A stretch of 64,000 bases of DNA. It comes from Halanaerobiales bacterium (lineage in GTDB: Bacteria > Bacillota > Halanaerobiia > Halanaerobiales > M55B127). The stretch's first letter is position 1. The number at the start of each line of letters is the position of its first letter. The translations under genes and the position numbers were made by a program. The DNA is taken from positions 4,735 to 68,734 of the forward strand of contig JAXHLT010000003.1 in assembly GCA_034521955.1 (NCBI GenBank), written 5' to 3'. Below the pieces are notes generated by a model. That model had not been told where the DNA came from. It did not search any database and saw only the letters and a program-made list of their open reading frames with translations. Below are positions 8,368-18,268 of the stretch, piece after piece.

Positions 8368-8390
8368 CTCCTTTAAAAGGGAGGTTTTTT
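8368..8390 (+). terminator. Intrinsic terminator
   Basis: CUCCUUU..AAGGGAG hairpin followed by U6, 24 nt after the stop at 8344. Confidence 0.55.
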
Positions 8391-8444
8391 AATTAACTTA
8401 ATAAATATTTAAAATAATCATCACAATTTCAACATATTTACAGG

Positions 8445-8537
8445 CTATAATATAAGTAAGTAATAAAGTGAAAGCCCCAAACTAGAGTTGAAAATGCCAA
8501 TGCTAATACCAACAAAATGGAAGAAAATACTTTTCAT
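8445..8537 (-). CDS. Candidate 30-aa hydrophobic peptide (below the track length cutoff)
   Basis: The minus strand carries AAGGAGGA, 10 nt, then ATG. It encodes MKSIFFHFVGISIGIFNSSLGLSLYYLLIL followed by a stop, a single TM-like peptide. There is no homology evidence. Confidence 0.25.
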   Translation of the reverse strand: MKSIFFHFVGISIGIFNSSLGLSLYYLLIL

Positions 8538-8554
8538 AAGTACTAATCCTCCTT

Positions 8555-8583
8555 GAACCCTGTGTAGACGGGGTTCTTTTTTT
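8555..8583 (+). terminator. Intrinsic terminator on the + strand with no annotated + gene upstream
   Basis: GAACCC(8555-8560)/GGGUUC(8571-8576) followed by U7. A transcript ending here would be antisense to the 8445-8537 small ORF. Confidence 0.55.
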
Positions 8584-8725
8584 ATTTGCTTATAAAAAAT
8601 ATAATTGAAATGAATTTCAGAAAAAATTATTTAAAATTAATTAGTGGTTTTAGTTGTTCTTTAAATACATTTTTTGTTATAATAATATATGTTGAAAATA
8701 CAAAAAATATTAAGAGGTGAAAACA

Positions 8726-9904
8726 ATGAGGACAATAGGAACTCATCTAAGAGGTATCAGAGCTCCAATTGTAAAAGAAGGCGATAATTTAGTAGATATA
8801 ATTATTACCTCACTAGAAAAATCTATTAAAGAAAACAATTATGAACTAAGAAACAATGATGTAATTGGGGTTACAGAATCGGTAGTAGCTAGAGCACAGG
8901 GTAATTATGTAGATATAGATGATATAGCAGAAGAAATCAATGATAAATTTCCAAACGAAATTGGAATAGTATTTCCAATATTAAGTAGAAATAGGTTTGC
9001 TATGATCTTAAAGGGAATTGCTAAGAGTAATAAAAAAATATATCTTCAGTTAAGTTATCCAAATGATGAAGTAGGCAATCCATTATTAGATGAAAGAAAG
9101 TTAGTAGAAAGAAATATAAATCCTTACTCTGATGTTATAACAGAAGAAGAGTATTATAAACATTTCTCAGACTATAAACATCCCTTTACAGGAATAAATT
9201 ATATTGATTTATATAAGGAAATTGCAGAAGACAATGATATCGAAATTATAATATCAAATAAACCCGAAACAATTTTGGAGTATACTGATGATGTTATAGC
9301 AGCAGATATACATACTCGTTTTAGAACAAAAGAAAAATTAAAAAAAGCTGGTGCTAATATAGTGTTAGGTTTAGATGATATCTGTAACGAAGATAAAGGT
9401 AAAGGATATAATAAAGAATATGGACTTTTAGGTTCAAATAAGGCTACAGATAAAAAATTAAAATTATTTCCAAGAGATGGCCAGACTTTTGTTGATCAAG
9501 TTCAAAAGAAGTTAAAAGATAAAACAGGTAAAAGAATTGAAGTAATGATTTATGGAGATGGGGCTTTTAAAGATCCAGCTGCAAAGATATGGGAACTAGC
9601 AGATCCGGTAGTATCACCTGCTTATACTTCAGGATTAGAAGGGACTCCTTCTGAAGTAAAACTTAAGTACCTTGCAGATAATGATTTAAAGGACTTTAAA
9701 GGTGATAAGTTATTACAAAAAATGAAAGATGAAATAAAAAATAAGGAAGATGATCTAGTAGCTAATATTAAATCACAGGGTACTACTCCAAGACGCCTTA
9801 CTGATTTATTAGGGAGTTTATGTGATTTAGCTAGTGGTAGTGGAGATAAAGGAACACCAATAATTCTCGTTCAGGGCTATTTTGATAGTTTAGCTGATGA
9901 GTAA
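8726..9904 (+). CDS. CofE-like (F420-0:gamma-glutamyl ligase fold) family protein, long form
   Basis: N-terminus GIRAPIVKEGDNLVDII...VIGVTESVVARAQGNYV resembles the CofE/FbiB ligase fold as I remember it. RBS AAGAGG then ATG 8726 (the track used GTG 8717). Confidence 0.4.
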   Translation: MRTIGTHLRGIRAPIVKEGDNLVDIIITSLEKSIKENNYELRNNDVIGVTESVVARAQGNYVDIDDIAEEINDKFPNEIGIVFPILSRNRFAMILKGIAKSNKKIYLQLSYPNDEVGNPLLDERKLVERNINPYSDVITEEEYYKHFSDYKHPFTGINYIDLYKEIAEDNDIEIIISNKPETILEYTDDVIAADIHTRFRTKEKLKKAGANIVLGLDDICNEDKGKGYNKEYGLLGSNKATDKKLKLFPRDGQTFVDQVQKKLKDKTGKRIEVMIYGDGAFKDPAAKIWELADPVVSPAYTSGLEGTPSEVKLKYLADNDLKDFKGDKLLQKMKDEIKNKEDDLVANIKSQGTTPRRLTDLLGSLCDLASGSGDKGTPIILVQGYFDSLADE

Positions 9905-9938
9905 AATTATATAAAAAAATGTCTTAAAGTTTAATACA

Positions 9939-9999
9939 ACACTTCCAAAGTAGACAGTTTAACTACTTAAAATTGACTATCTACTTGGAGGTGTTTTTT
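9939..9999 (+). terminator. Intrinsic terminator (long imperfect hairpin plus U-run)
   Basis: ACACUUCCAAAGUAGA ... UCUACUUGGAGGUGU followed by UUUUU. Confidence 0.55.
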
Positions 10000-10112
10000 A
10001 CATTTTTTGTTAAAACAAATACTGCAAGCATTTTTTATGAAATGAATAACAAATTTAAATTAAAAAAACACATACCTTCATAATTTTTATTATTCTTCAT
10101 TTAACTATTTGA

Positions 10113-10373
10113 CCTCATATTCCAGTTGATAAGGTAAAATTAGATAAATCATTGAATGATCAATTCATTTCTGAAAATAATTTTGGTACTATTAAAAGTT
10201 TAATCCCTCTAATTTATAGTTTGGATTTAAAGGTTGTAGCAGAAAAAATTGAAGATAACGAAAGAAAAGATAAGTTAATTCGTGGAAATTGTGATTATAT
10301 ACAAGGATATATATTTGCTAAACCATTAAGTATTGAAGAACTAAATAAAATATATAATAAGCAATACATATAA
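10113..10373 (+). pseudogene. C-terminal remnant of an EAL-domain c-di-GMP phosphodiesterase
   Basis: The open frame from 10113 reads PVDKVKLDKSL...LKVVAEKIEDNE...GNCDYIQGYIFAKPL. This is the last ~85 aa of an EAL domain, with no N-terminal part, promoter or RBS. Confidence 0.7.
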
Positions 10374-11004
10374 CGATTTTATAACCAGGTCTAGTTATTA
10401 TTATTTGGTCTAATTTTTATACTTAAAATGTAAAAAAATTACATATTATACAACAATTTTAAAGGTATTTAGCTGACTGCATTTAATATATAATATATAT
10501 CTTATAAATATTGAGTAGCGTTAGAAATACTTTAATGGTTTATCAATTTAATAAATTTTGATGAATATATTACTATATAAATGGTTGTTAAAAATTTGAT
10601 GAAATTATACCAAGTAAATTTTCGATACGGGTAGTAGTAATTATTGTTGAATAAAGGGTGGATATTATTAATAAAAATGATATAATAAATATAAAGAAAG
10701 ATTCTCTTATTCAAGTGAAGATAAAGAAGTAGTATTAATTAATGCAATTATAAAAAAATCTAAAAATGATATTAGATAAATAAAGAATATAAAAAACTGT
10801 TGAAAATTGTTCATGTAAATATAAAGATAGGATTGAACTGCTTAAAGCAAACTATATTCTACAGCTAGTTATTTATAATAATTTTTTAAGTAAAACAATT
10901 AGAAAAAAGTATTTAAACTATCATAAATATTAACAGTCATTAGAATAATTTTTTTAAAAACTGTTATTGAATTTCTTGAAGAATAGGATCTTTGAGGAGG
11001 GAAG

Positions 11005-11458
11005 ATGATGAGAAAATTATTATTAGCTGTTGATGGATCAAAAAGTTCTCACAAAGCTGCACAGAAAGCTGCTGATCTAGGAAGTGCAATGGACTGTGAA
11101 ATAACTATTATTACTGTATTAGATATTTCTACATTAGAATTAAGTGAAATTCAATCTTATAGACCAATAGATTCATTAGAAGAGCTTATTAAAAGAAACA
11201 AAAAAGAACTTCAAAAAAAAGGAGAAAGTATTTTAGAAGAGGCAGAAAAATATTTTGATAAAACAGATATTGAAGTAAAACAAGGTTTTAGAATATGGAG
11301 ATCCTGCAGATATGATTTGTGAGTATGCTGAAAATAACGGCTTTGATATTATAGTACTAGCAGATAAAGGTATTGGAGGAGTTAAAAGATTCTTTCTTGG
11401 TAGTATAAGTGATAAGGTTTTAAGACATGCCAAAGTTTCAGTATTAGTTGTTAAGTAA
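11005..11458 (+). pseudogene. Universal stress protein (UspA family), 1-nt frameshift
   Basis: MRKLLLAVDGSKSS... continues after about 11284-11289 in the +1 frame as VLEYGDPADMICEYAENNGFDIIVLADKGIGGVKRFFLGSISDKVLRHAKVSVLVVK. Confidence 0.75.
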
Positions 11459-11513
11459 ATATTATAAATTGAAAGTTTAACCAATTAGAAATATAAAGAT
11501 TGAGGAGATATTT

Positions 11514-11813
11514 ATGTCTAAAGCATATTTCTTTTATAAGTTGATGAAATATTTAAAAGATAAAAATGTAAAATGGACACATAAAGCATTTTTTATACTT
11601 CCATTTTTATATGCAGTTTCACCAATTACAATTATTCCCTACTATTTTTTCCCTTTAGCAGGTTTATTAGATAACATTTTTGTACTTCTTGCGGGGATAT
11701 ATTATATCAAAAAAACATTAGATGACTATGATCCAAATAATCCCAACAAAAATTCAGAAAAGAAGAAAGATAATGTTATTGATATTAATAGGGATGATTA
11801 TGACGTTAATTAA
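11514..11813 (+). CDS. DUF1232 (YkvA-like) membrane protein
   Basis: LYAVSPITIIPYYFFPLAGLLDNIFVLL matches the DUF1232 signature as I recall it. RBS GAGGAG. Confidence 0.55.
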   Translation: MSKAYFFYKLMKYLKDKNVKWTHKAFFILPFLYAVSPITIIPYYFFPLAGLLDNIFVLLAGIYYIKKTLDDYDPNNPNKNSEKKKDNVIDINRDDYDVN

Positions 11814-11865
11814 TTTTAAATAGATTTTTTGTTTCTAATTATTAAACAAGAAAAGAGGTGCGTGA

Positions 11866-12399
11866 ATGAGAGTGGGGAATTTGTTTGGAGGAACATTATT
11901 AGGTGTCATATTGATTTTAATAGGATTATCCGCATTATTGAGGTCATTTGATGTTAATATTCCATTTGGAAGAATTATAATTGGAGTTTTAATAATTTAT
12001 ATTGGAATAGTAATTCTATTTGGTGGTAGTGTATTTAATACAGATGAAAACATTGTAATTTTTGGAGAGTCTAATATTAGAGTGACGAATTTTATTGAGG
12101 ATGAATATAATGTAATTTTTGGCAGTGGTGTTATAGATTTAAGGAATATTAATCTTGAAAACTTAGATAAAGAAATTGAAATAAATACAATCTTTGGTTC
12201 AAGTGAAGTACTTTTGGATTCAAGTAAACCTGTTAGAATCGATGCTTCATCAGTGTTTGGTCAAGTAAGATTACCAAATGGAAACTCAGTATCATTTGGA
12301 GATTTAAAATACAATAACATGACTGATGAAACAAGTAAAATTATCTATTTAAAGTCCAGTGTTGTTTTTGGAGAATCAAAAATAAGATTTGTTAAGTAA
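11866..12399 (+). CDS. Membrane protein with LiaF-like C-terminal domain (tentative)
   Basis: Two N-terminal TM segments, then a repetitive beta-rich region (VIFGSGVIDL, TIFGSSEVLL, SSVFGQVRL, SVVFGESKI) like LiaF/DUF2154. Confidence 0.4.
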   Translation: MRVGNLFGGTLLGVILILIGLSALLRSFDVNIPFGRIIIGVLIIYIGIVILFGGSVFNTDENIVIFGESNIRVTNFIEDEYNVIFGSGVIDLRNINLENLDKEIEINTIFGSSEVLLDSSKPVRIDASSVFGQVRLPNGNSVSFGDLKYNNMTDETSKIIYLKSSVVFGESKIRFVK

Positions 12400-12421
12400 G
12401 CAATAGTATTGAAAATAAAAT

Positions 12422-13200
12422 ATGAAGAAAAGAGAAGGTGACCTATTGAAATTATATGATTTAACACAACGAATTGGGATTTCAACCCCACCATGGCCGA
12501 CATTTAAACCTTTTGAAATGAAATATTTTAAAAGATTGTCTACAGAAAGAGTTAATGGACAGATCATAAAAACACCAAATCATATTGGAACTCATTTAGA
12601 TAGTGAAAGACATTTTTGGACTGCGGGCCGTGACATTGCAAGCATACCTCTAGAGGATCTATATGGAGAGGGAGTTGTTGTTGATTTAAGTGATGAACTT
12701 AATGACTATGATATCTATACTTCAGAGATGATAGAAAATAAAGTTGAAGTAAAAGAAAATGATATCTTAATAATAAATACAGGTTACCATAGATATAGTT
12801 GGGATCAACCAGAAGCTGATGAAGAACGTTATTTCATGAAACATCCCGGTCCAAATATGGAATTTGCACATTGGGTGATGAAAAAAAGATAAAATGGATT
12901 GGTGTAGATTGTGGTGCTGCTGATCATCCAATGAATACAGTATGCAGAACTTTAAGACCTGATCTTGCAAAAGAAGCTGAAAAACATTTAGGTAAACCTC
13001 TAGATGAAGGTTTTCCATCATAGAGATAGCAGACAGTTTATGCATACCAAGTTATTCCCAGAAGGTATTATACACGCTGAAAACCTAGGTGGAGAAAATG
13101 ATAAACTTTCAAATCAAAGATTAGCAATAGGCAATATTTCCTTGGAAAGGTATTGACATGGAAGCATGTAGTATCAAGATGTGTTGCATTTGAATGGTAA
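12422..13200 (+). pseudogene. Putative cyclase / kynurenine formamidase-like protein, multiple frameshifts
   Basis: HIGTHLDSERHF matches the HxGTHxDxPxH motif. The frame breaks at the A7 run 12881-12887 (then IKWIGVDCGAADHPMN) and at least twice more before TAA 13198-13200. Confidence 0.65.
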
Positions 13201-13310
13201 ATAGTTTTAAAACAAAAATAGCTCCTAAATATTCGGGAGCCGTTTTGTTTATTTAAATTTTAAAATACATAAAAAAGGACAGATCTAAAGTGAGAGCTAA
13301 ATAAAATTAA

Positions 13311-14322
13311 ATGGAAAAAACAAGCTATATATGTGATAGTATTTTTATCAATAGTTTTTTCTTTGAAAATATTCATATTTACATTAACACCTTTCTTTCT
13401 AGCTTTGCTTTTAACAGTTATTATTGATAAACCTGTATGTGTGTTATCAAAAAAGATTCCCAGAAATATTGCTGTATTAATAATGATCTTAATAGTAATA
13501 ACAATAATGATTTTACTTTCAATTTTTATAATTACAAATACCGTATATGAATTAACTTATCTTTCTAGAATATCTTCCTGAATATAGAGATCAAATGGTT
13601 GAATTTATAGATGATCTATTACTTAAACAACAAGAACTTTTTGATAGAATGCTGATATTTGTATCAAATGTTTTAAGAAGAATATTGGATAATATTTATA
13701 GAAGGGGAGAGGACTTTGTATCAGATACAATCAGATTGGTCATTAAATTTAACACTATATATACCTGGTTTTATAATAGTCTCACTTTTCACAATTATAA
13801 CAACCTTTTTCTTAAGCAAGGATAAAAAGTTGATTTTAAAATATATAAAGTCAAAGAAAAAATAGCTAAAGTGTTTGAATCTAGTATTGTAAAAGATATA
13901 TTTAGTTATCTTAAGGTGCAACTACTTATTATTACAAATACAACAATATTGACCCGTGATTACATTTTCATTATTAAACTATCCTTATGTCATATTAATA
14001 GCGTTTTTATGTGGTATTTTAGATATGATACCTGGTTATTAGTCTGGAGCTTTACTCTGCCTCTAATTTATATAACATTTTAACAGGTAGTGCTAGAACT
14101 GCAGCAATAATATTTATACTTTATTTAATATTGGTTAGTGCTAGACCATTTCTTGAAAGTAAGGTTTTAGGTAAAAACATTGGTGTTCATCCCATAGTAT
14201 TATTATTTGGAATCTATGTAGGATTAATAACTTTTGGTCTGCAGGGTATTATTATAGCTCCTTTATCTATAATCACTTTTAAAGCACTATTAAAAACAGG
14301 CCTAATACCTGTGAAATATTAA
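13311..14322 (+). pseudogene. AI-2E family transporter / YtvI-like permease, fragmented into 4 or more pieces
   Basis: Track ORFs 13333-13581, 13595-13825, 13871-14083 and 14131-14322 are all hydrophobic and collinear. The last piece (GVHPIVLLFGIYVGLITFGLQGIIIAP) is a typical UPF0118 C-terminus. Confidence 0.6.
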
Positions 14323-14456
14323 ATATTGAATAAATGTCTAAAACTTAAGATGAATTTCATAAACAAAAATTAAATTGTAAATAAAACTACTCTTTTAAAT
14401 AGGAGTAGTTTTTTGAATTTAAAAAAGGAATAAGTGTGAAATCAAAGAACTAATAA

Positions 14457-15707
14457 ATGAGTAAAGATAAAATAAATGGGGAGGTTAATACCATCAAGTC
14501 TTATATAGCAAGACAGCCAATTTTCAATAAAAATGAATCTGTATATGGTTATGAGCTTCTTTATAGAGATAATGCTCAAAGTATTAATAGTATTTTAAAT
14601 GATGATACTGCAACATCTGAAGTCTTAATAAATAGTTTTAGTACAATTGGAATCGAAAATATAATACAAAACAAAAAGGCTTTTATAAACTTTACAAGAA
14701 ACCTCCTTGATAAAGAGATTCCAACAATTTTAGATAGCGAGAAAATAGTTATTGAAGTATTAGAAAATGTAGATCTTAACGAAAAGATGGTCAAAGTATT
14801 AAAAAACTTACGGAAAAACGGATATATAGTAGCATTAGATGATTTTGAATATAATGAAAAAACGATTCCTTTTTTAAAGATAGCCCACATTGTTAAAGTT
14901 GATTTTTCAAATACAAATAAGGTTCAAAGAAATTTAGTTGAATGTATAGCAGATAAATATAATTTTCAATTGTTAGCAGAAAAAATAGAAACAAGAAAAG
15001 AATTTGAAGATGCAAAAGATATCGGATATTCATTGTTTCAGGGATATTTTTTTAAAAAACCAGAGATATTAGAAGGTAATTCTATTCCCGTATATCCAAA
15101 TAACTATTTTAAAGTAATTAAAGAACTTAATAAAAACAATCCTGATTTTAATAAAGTGAGCGATATTATAAAAAGTGATATGTCCTTATCATATAAACTT
15201 CTCAAGGTAATTAATTCAGCAGCTTATGGAATTAGATCAGAAGTTAAGTCTATTAAGCAAGCCTTAGTATTATTAGGAATTGAAGAAATAAAAAAATGGC
15301 TTCATCTTATGGTGATTAAAAACATTGCACATGATGAACCTAAAGAAATTATGAGGATATCTTTAGTTCGTGCTAAAACAGCTGAAAAAATTGCTGAGTT
15401 ATTAAAGCAAGAGGTAAATTCATCAGAACTTTTTATGGTGGGATTATTTTCAATGTTAGACATTTTAATGCATAGAAGTATTGATGTTGTTTTAAAAGAT
15501 TTACCTATTTCTTCAAACATTAAAAAGGGTATTATAGGAAATGAAGACAGTATTTATTCTGACGTTTTGGACTTAATAGTTGCATATGAAGAAGGTAATT
15601 GGATGGTAGTAGATAAATATTGTGATAAATTAAATATTGAAGGTAATACTTTAATCAACGCGTTTTTATTATCGATAGACTGGGGAGAAGAAGTTTTAAG
15701 TTTTTAA
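14457..15707 (+). CDS. EAL plus HDOD domain signalling protein (YuxH-like)
   Basis: N-terminal IARQPIFNKNESVYGYELLYR, VALDDF and FQGYFFKKP give the EAL domain. The C-terminal ISDIIKSDMSLSYKLLKVINSAAYG gives the HDOD domain. Confidence 0.8.
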   Translation: MSKDKINGEVNTIKSYIARQPIFNKNESVYGYELLYRDNAQSINSILNDDTATSEVLINSFSTIGIENIIQNKKAFINFTRNLLDKEIPTILDSEKIVIEVLENVDLNEKMVKVLKNLRKNGYIVALDDFEYNEKTIPFLKIAHIVKVDFSNTNKVQRNLVECIADKYNFQLLAEKIETRKEFEDAKDIGYSLFQGYFFKKPEILEGNSIPVYPNNYFKVIKELNKNNPDFNKVSDIIKSDMSLSYKLLKVINSAAYGIRSEVKSIKQALVLLGIEEIKKWLHLMVIKNIAHDEPKEIMRISLVRAKTAEKIAELLKQEVNSSELFMVGLFSMLDILMHRSIDVVLKDLPISSNIKKGIIGNEDSIYSDVLDLIVAYEEGNWMVVDKYCDKLNIEGNTLINAFLLSIDWGEEVLSF

Positions 15708-15749
15708 TATAAAAAACAAAAACTGACTCTTAAACAGGAGATGTATTGA

Positions 15750-15951
15750 ATGAAAATCAGTGAGTTTTCCAATAAATATAATATAAGTAATGATACAGTA
15801 AGATACTATATGGAATTAAACCTAATAGTGCCCATAAAAAAAGGTAAACATTATTATTTTGATAAGGGCTGTGAATAAGATAAAAAGAATATTAAGGTTA
15901 AAGGAAATGAACTTTACTTTACAGGAAATTAAAGAAATATTTTATTTTTAA
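15750..15951 (+). pseudogene. MerR-family regulator remnant (HTH only, frameshifted and truncated)
   Basis: MKISEFSNKYNISNDTVRYYMELNLIVP then a stop. The next frame reads IKRILRLKEMNFTLQEIKEIFYF then a stop. There is no effector domain. Confidence 0.6.
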
Positions 15952-15989
15952 AAGAATTAAAAAATTAACTCCTTATCAAAAAAATAGTT

Positions 15990-16280
15990 ATGGAAGGTAT
16001 TATTGTATCATGGGTTGATATACCATCAAGTGTTCTAATTCAAACTGTTGTTCCTAATAATATACTAGGAAGAGTATTAAGTGTAAAGTTTAGTATTATA
16101 AAGATAATTGTACCGATATCGTTAATATTTTCGGGGTATTTATTGGAAACCGTTTCAATTATATATATTTTTATTTTTGGATCAATATTTTTTACAATAT
16201 TTAATTTATTAATTTTTAATTCTAATTTGAAATACAGTTTAATTGAGATAGGTAAAATAAAGTTAATTAAAGATGTTTAA
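15990..16280 (+). pseudogene. C-terminal remnant of an MFS-type transporter (tentative)
   Basis: 96-aa hydrophobic ORF (VPNNILGRVLSVKFSII...) resembling the last 2-3 TM segments of an MFS permease. It has no RBS and no N-terminal part. Confidence 0.4.
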
Positions 16281-16382
16281 ATGCCTTTAACAAACACCTT
16301 AAAAAACCTTTGATATATTTGACATATGATACTTAATTACTTAAACTGTTTATGAAGTTAAGTTCAAAGGGAGGGAAATATA

Positions 16383-18161
16383 GTGAGTAAATACAATAAT
16401 GAATTAGATTATGACAGCAATGATTATAATTATTTTAATCTATTAAAGAAATTTTATAATCACTACATTAAAGACAGGAAATTCAAATATTTCTCTATAC
16501 AATTTTTGCATGTTGTAGGCGCCTTGCTGGCATTAGCCCCTCCATTAATTATAAGAAAGATTATTGATGAGGCTATTCCCAGTGGTGAGTTCAGAAATAT
16601 TTTAATTTTAGTCTTATGGGCTTTTGCAATTTATCTTAGTGCAAATATTATTAGAGGAATTAGAGTGTTTTACGGACATAAGTTTGCCCAGTATATTACA
16701 AGAGATATGAGAAATGATTTATACAATCATTATCAAGAATTATCAATGAACTTTCATGATAACAAAAAGACCGGTGAATTAATGTCTAGAATAATAGATG
16801 ACTTAAATCGTCTGCAGGAATTTATTCACCATGGTCCTGAAGCAATAATTACATCATCTGTTTTAGTAACAGGTACTGTAATAATATTGTTTTCTATGAG
16901 TGTAAAGTTAGCTTTAGTTAGTTTAATCTTTACTCCAATACTACTGATTTTTGGATATTTATTAATGAAAAAAATGCATAAAGCATTTAGAAAAACTAGA
17001 GAAAATAAAGCTATTATGAATGATAAACTAGAAGATAATCTAGCTGGTATTAAAGTTATTAAAGCATTCAATAATGAAGATTTTGAAATGGATCGATTTT
17101 CTGAAAAAAATAATGACCATGCTCAAGCAAGGATGTTAGCGATAAAATATATTAGTTTATTAATTCCAGGTTCTAGACTATTAAATATATTTGGTGTTTT
17201 AGCAGTATTAAGTTATGGAGGATATCTAACTTCTATTGGTGCAATTAGTATTGGTACAATAGTTGCTTTTTACGGTTATCTGGAAAGATTTAGAGAACCC
17301 TTACTTAGAATGGTACACATGACTGAAGGTATAAGTAGATTTTTTGCAAGTATAGAGAGATTTTTCAATCATATAGAAATACAGCCTGATATAAAGAATA
17401 ATACTGGTAAGGTTACTGCTAGTAATCTAAAAGGTGAAGTTAATTTTAATGATGTATATTTCTCATATGATGAGGAAACGGTTCTCAAGGGGATAAACTT
17501 AAAAGCTGAAGAAAATCAAACAATAGCACTAGTTGGTCCAAGTGGATCGGGTAAAACTACAATTGTTAGATTGCTATTAAGGTTATATGATATTGATAGT
17601 GGTCAAATTACAATTGATGGTAAAGATATAAAAGATTATAATCTTGAGGAATTAAGACAATCAATGGCAATGGTTATGCAGGAAGACTTTCTGTTTTCAA
17701 CATCAGTAGCAGAAAATATTGCCTATGGTAAACCTGATGCATCCAGAGAAGAAATAATTGAATCGGCTAAAAAGGCTAATGCACATCAATTTATTAGCGA
17801 AGATCTATCTGATGGATATGATACACAAGTTGGCCAACGAGGTGTAAAATTATCTGGTGGACAAAGACAGAGAATATCTATTGCTAGAGCATTTTTAAAA
17901 GATCCAAGACTATTAATTTTAGATGAAGCGACTTCTTCAGTTGACTTAGAGACTGAAGAATTAATACAAGAAGCAGTAAATGAAGTAAGACAAAATAGAA
18001 CAACATTTATTATAGCTCACAGGCTTTCTACTATTATAAATGCTGATGAAATATTATTTATTCAAAAAGGTAGATTATTAGAAAAAGGAAGTCATCAAGA
18101 GTTATTAGAGAAAAACGATCATTATAAAGAATTTTATTCAAAACAGTTTCAAACTGCATAA
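16383..18161 (+). CDS. ABC exporter, fused permease/ATPase (MsbA/YheI-like)
   Basis: 592 aa. N-terminal 6-TM domain. Walker A GPSGSGKTT, signature LSGGQRQR, Walker B LLILDEATS. GTG start after GGGAGGGA. Confidence 0.9.
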   Translation: MSKYNNELDYDSNDYNYFNLLKKFYNHYIKDRKFKYFSIQFLHVVGALLALAPPLIIRKIIDEAIPSGEFRNILILVLWAFAIYLSANIIRGIRVFYGHKFAQYITRDMRNDLYNHYQELSMNFHDNKKTGELMSRIIDDLNRLQEFIHHGPEAIITSSVLVTGTVIILFSMSVKLALVSLIFTPILLIFGYLLMKKMHKAFRKTRENKAIMNDKLEDNLAGIKVIKAFNNEDFEMDRFSEKNNDHAQARMLAIKYISLLIPGSRLLNIFGVLAVLSYGGYLTSIGAISIGTIVAFYGYLERFREPLLRMVHMTEGISRFFASIERFFNHIEIQPDIKNNTGKVTASNLKGEVNFNDVYFSYDEETVLKGINLKAEENQTIALVGPSGSGKTTIVRLLLRLYDIDSGQITIDGKDIKDYNLEELRQSMAMVMQEDFLFSTSVAENIAYGKPDASREEIIESAKKANAHQFISEDLSDGYDTQVGQRGVKLSGGQRQRISIARAFLKDPRLLILDEATSSVDLETEELIQEAVNEVRQNRTTFIIAHRLSTIINADEILFIQKGRLLEKGSHQELLEKNDHYKEFYSKQFQTA

Positions 18162-18268
18162 AGTATTTAAAAAGGCATTTCTTATTATTTATTGGGAATG
18201 TCTTTTTATTTTATCTAATTTGCCTTATAATACAATTAAACACTAATAATTTTAGAAAGGGGTCAAAT

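Noticed and set aside
10374-11004. 630-bp AT-rich intergenic region, screened for a CRISPR array, riboswitch or repeat structure.
   Set aside because: It has no direct repeats with regular spacing and no conserved riboswitch core. Only short chance repeats (AAAAACTGTT twice) were seen. It is likely the scar of the deleted part of the EAL gene plus the usp promoter region.
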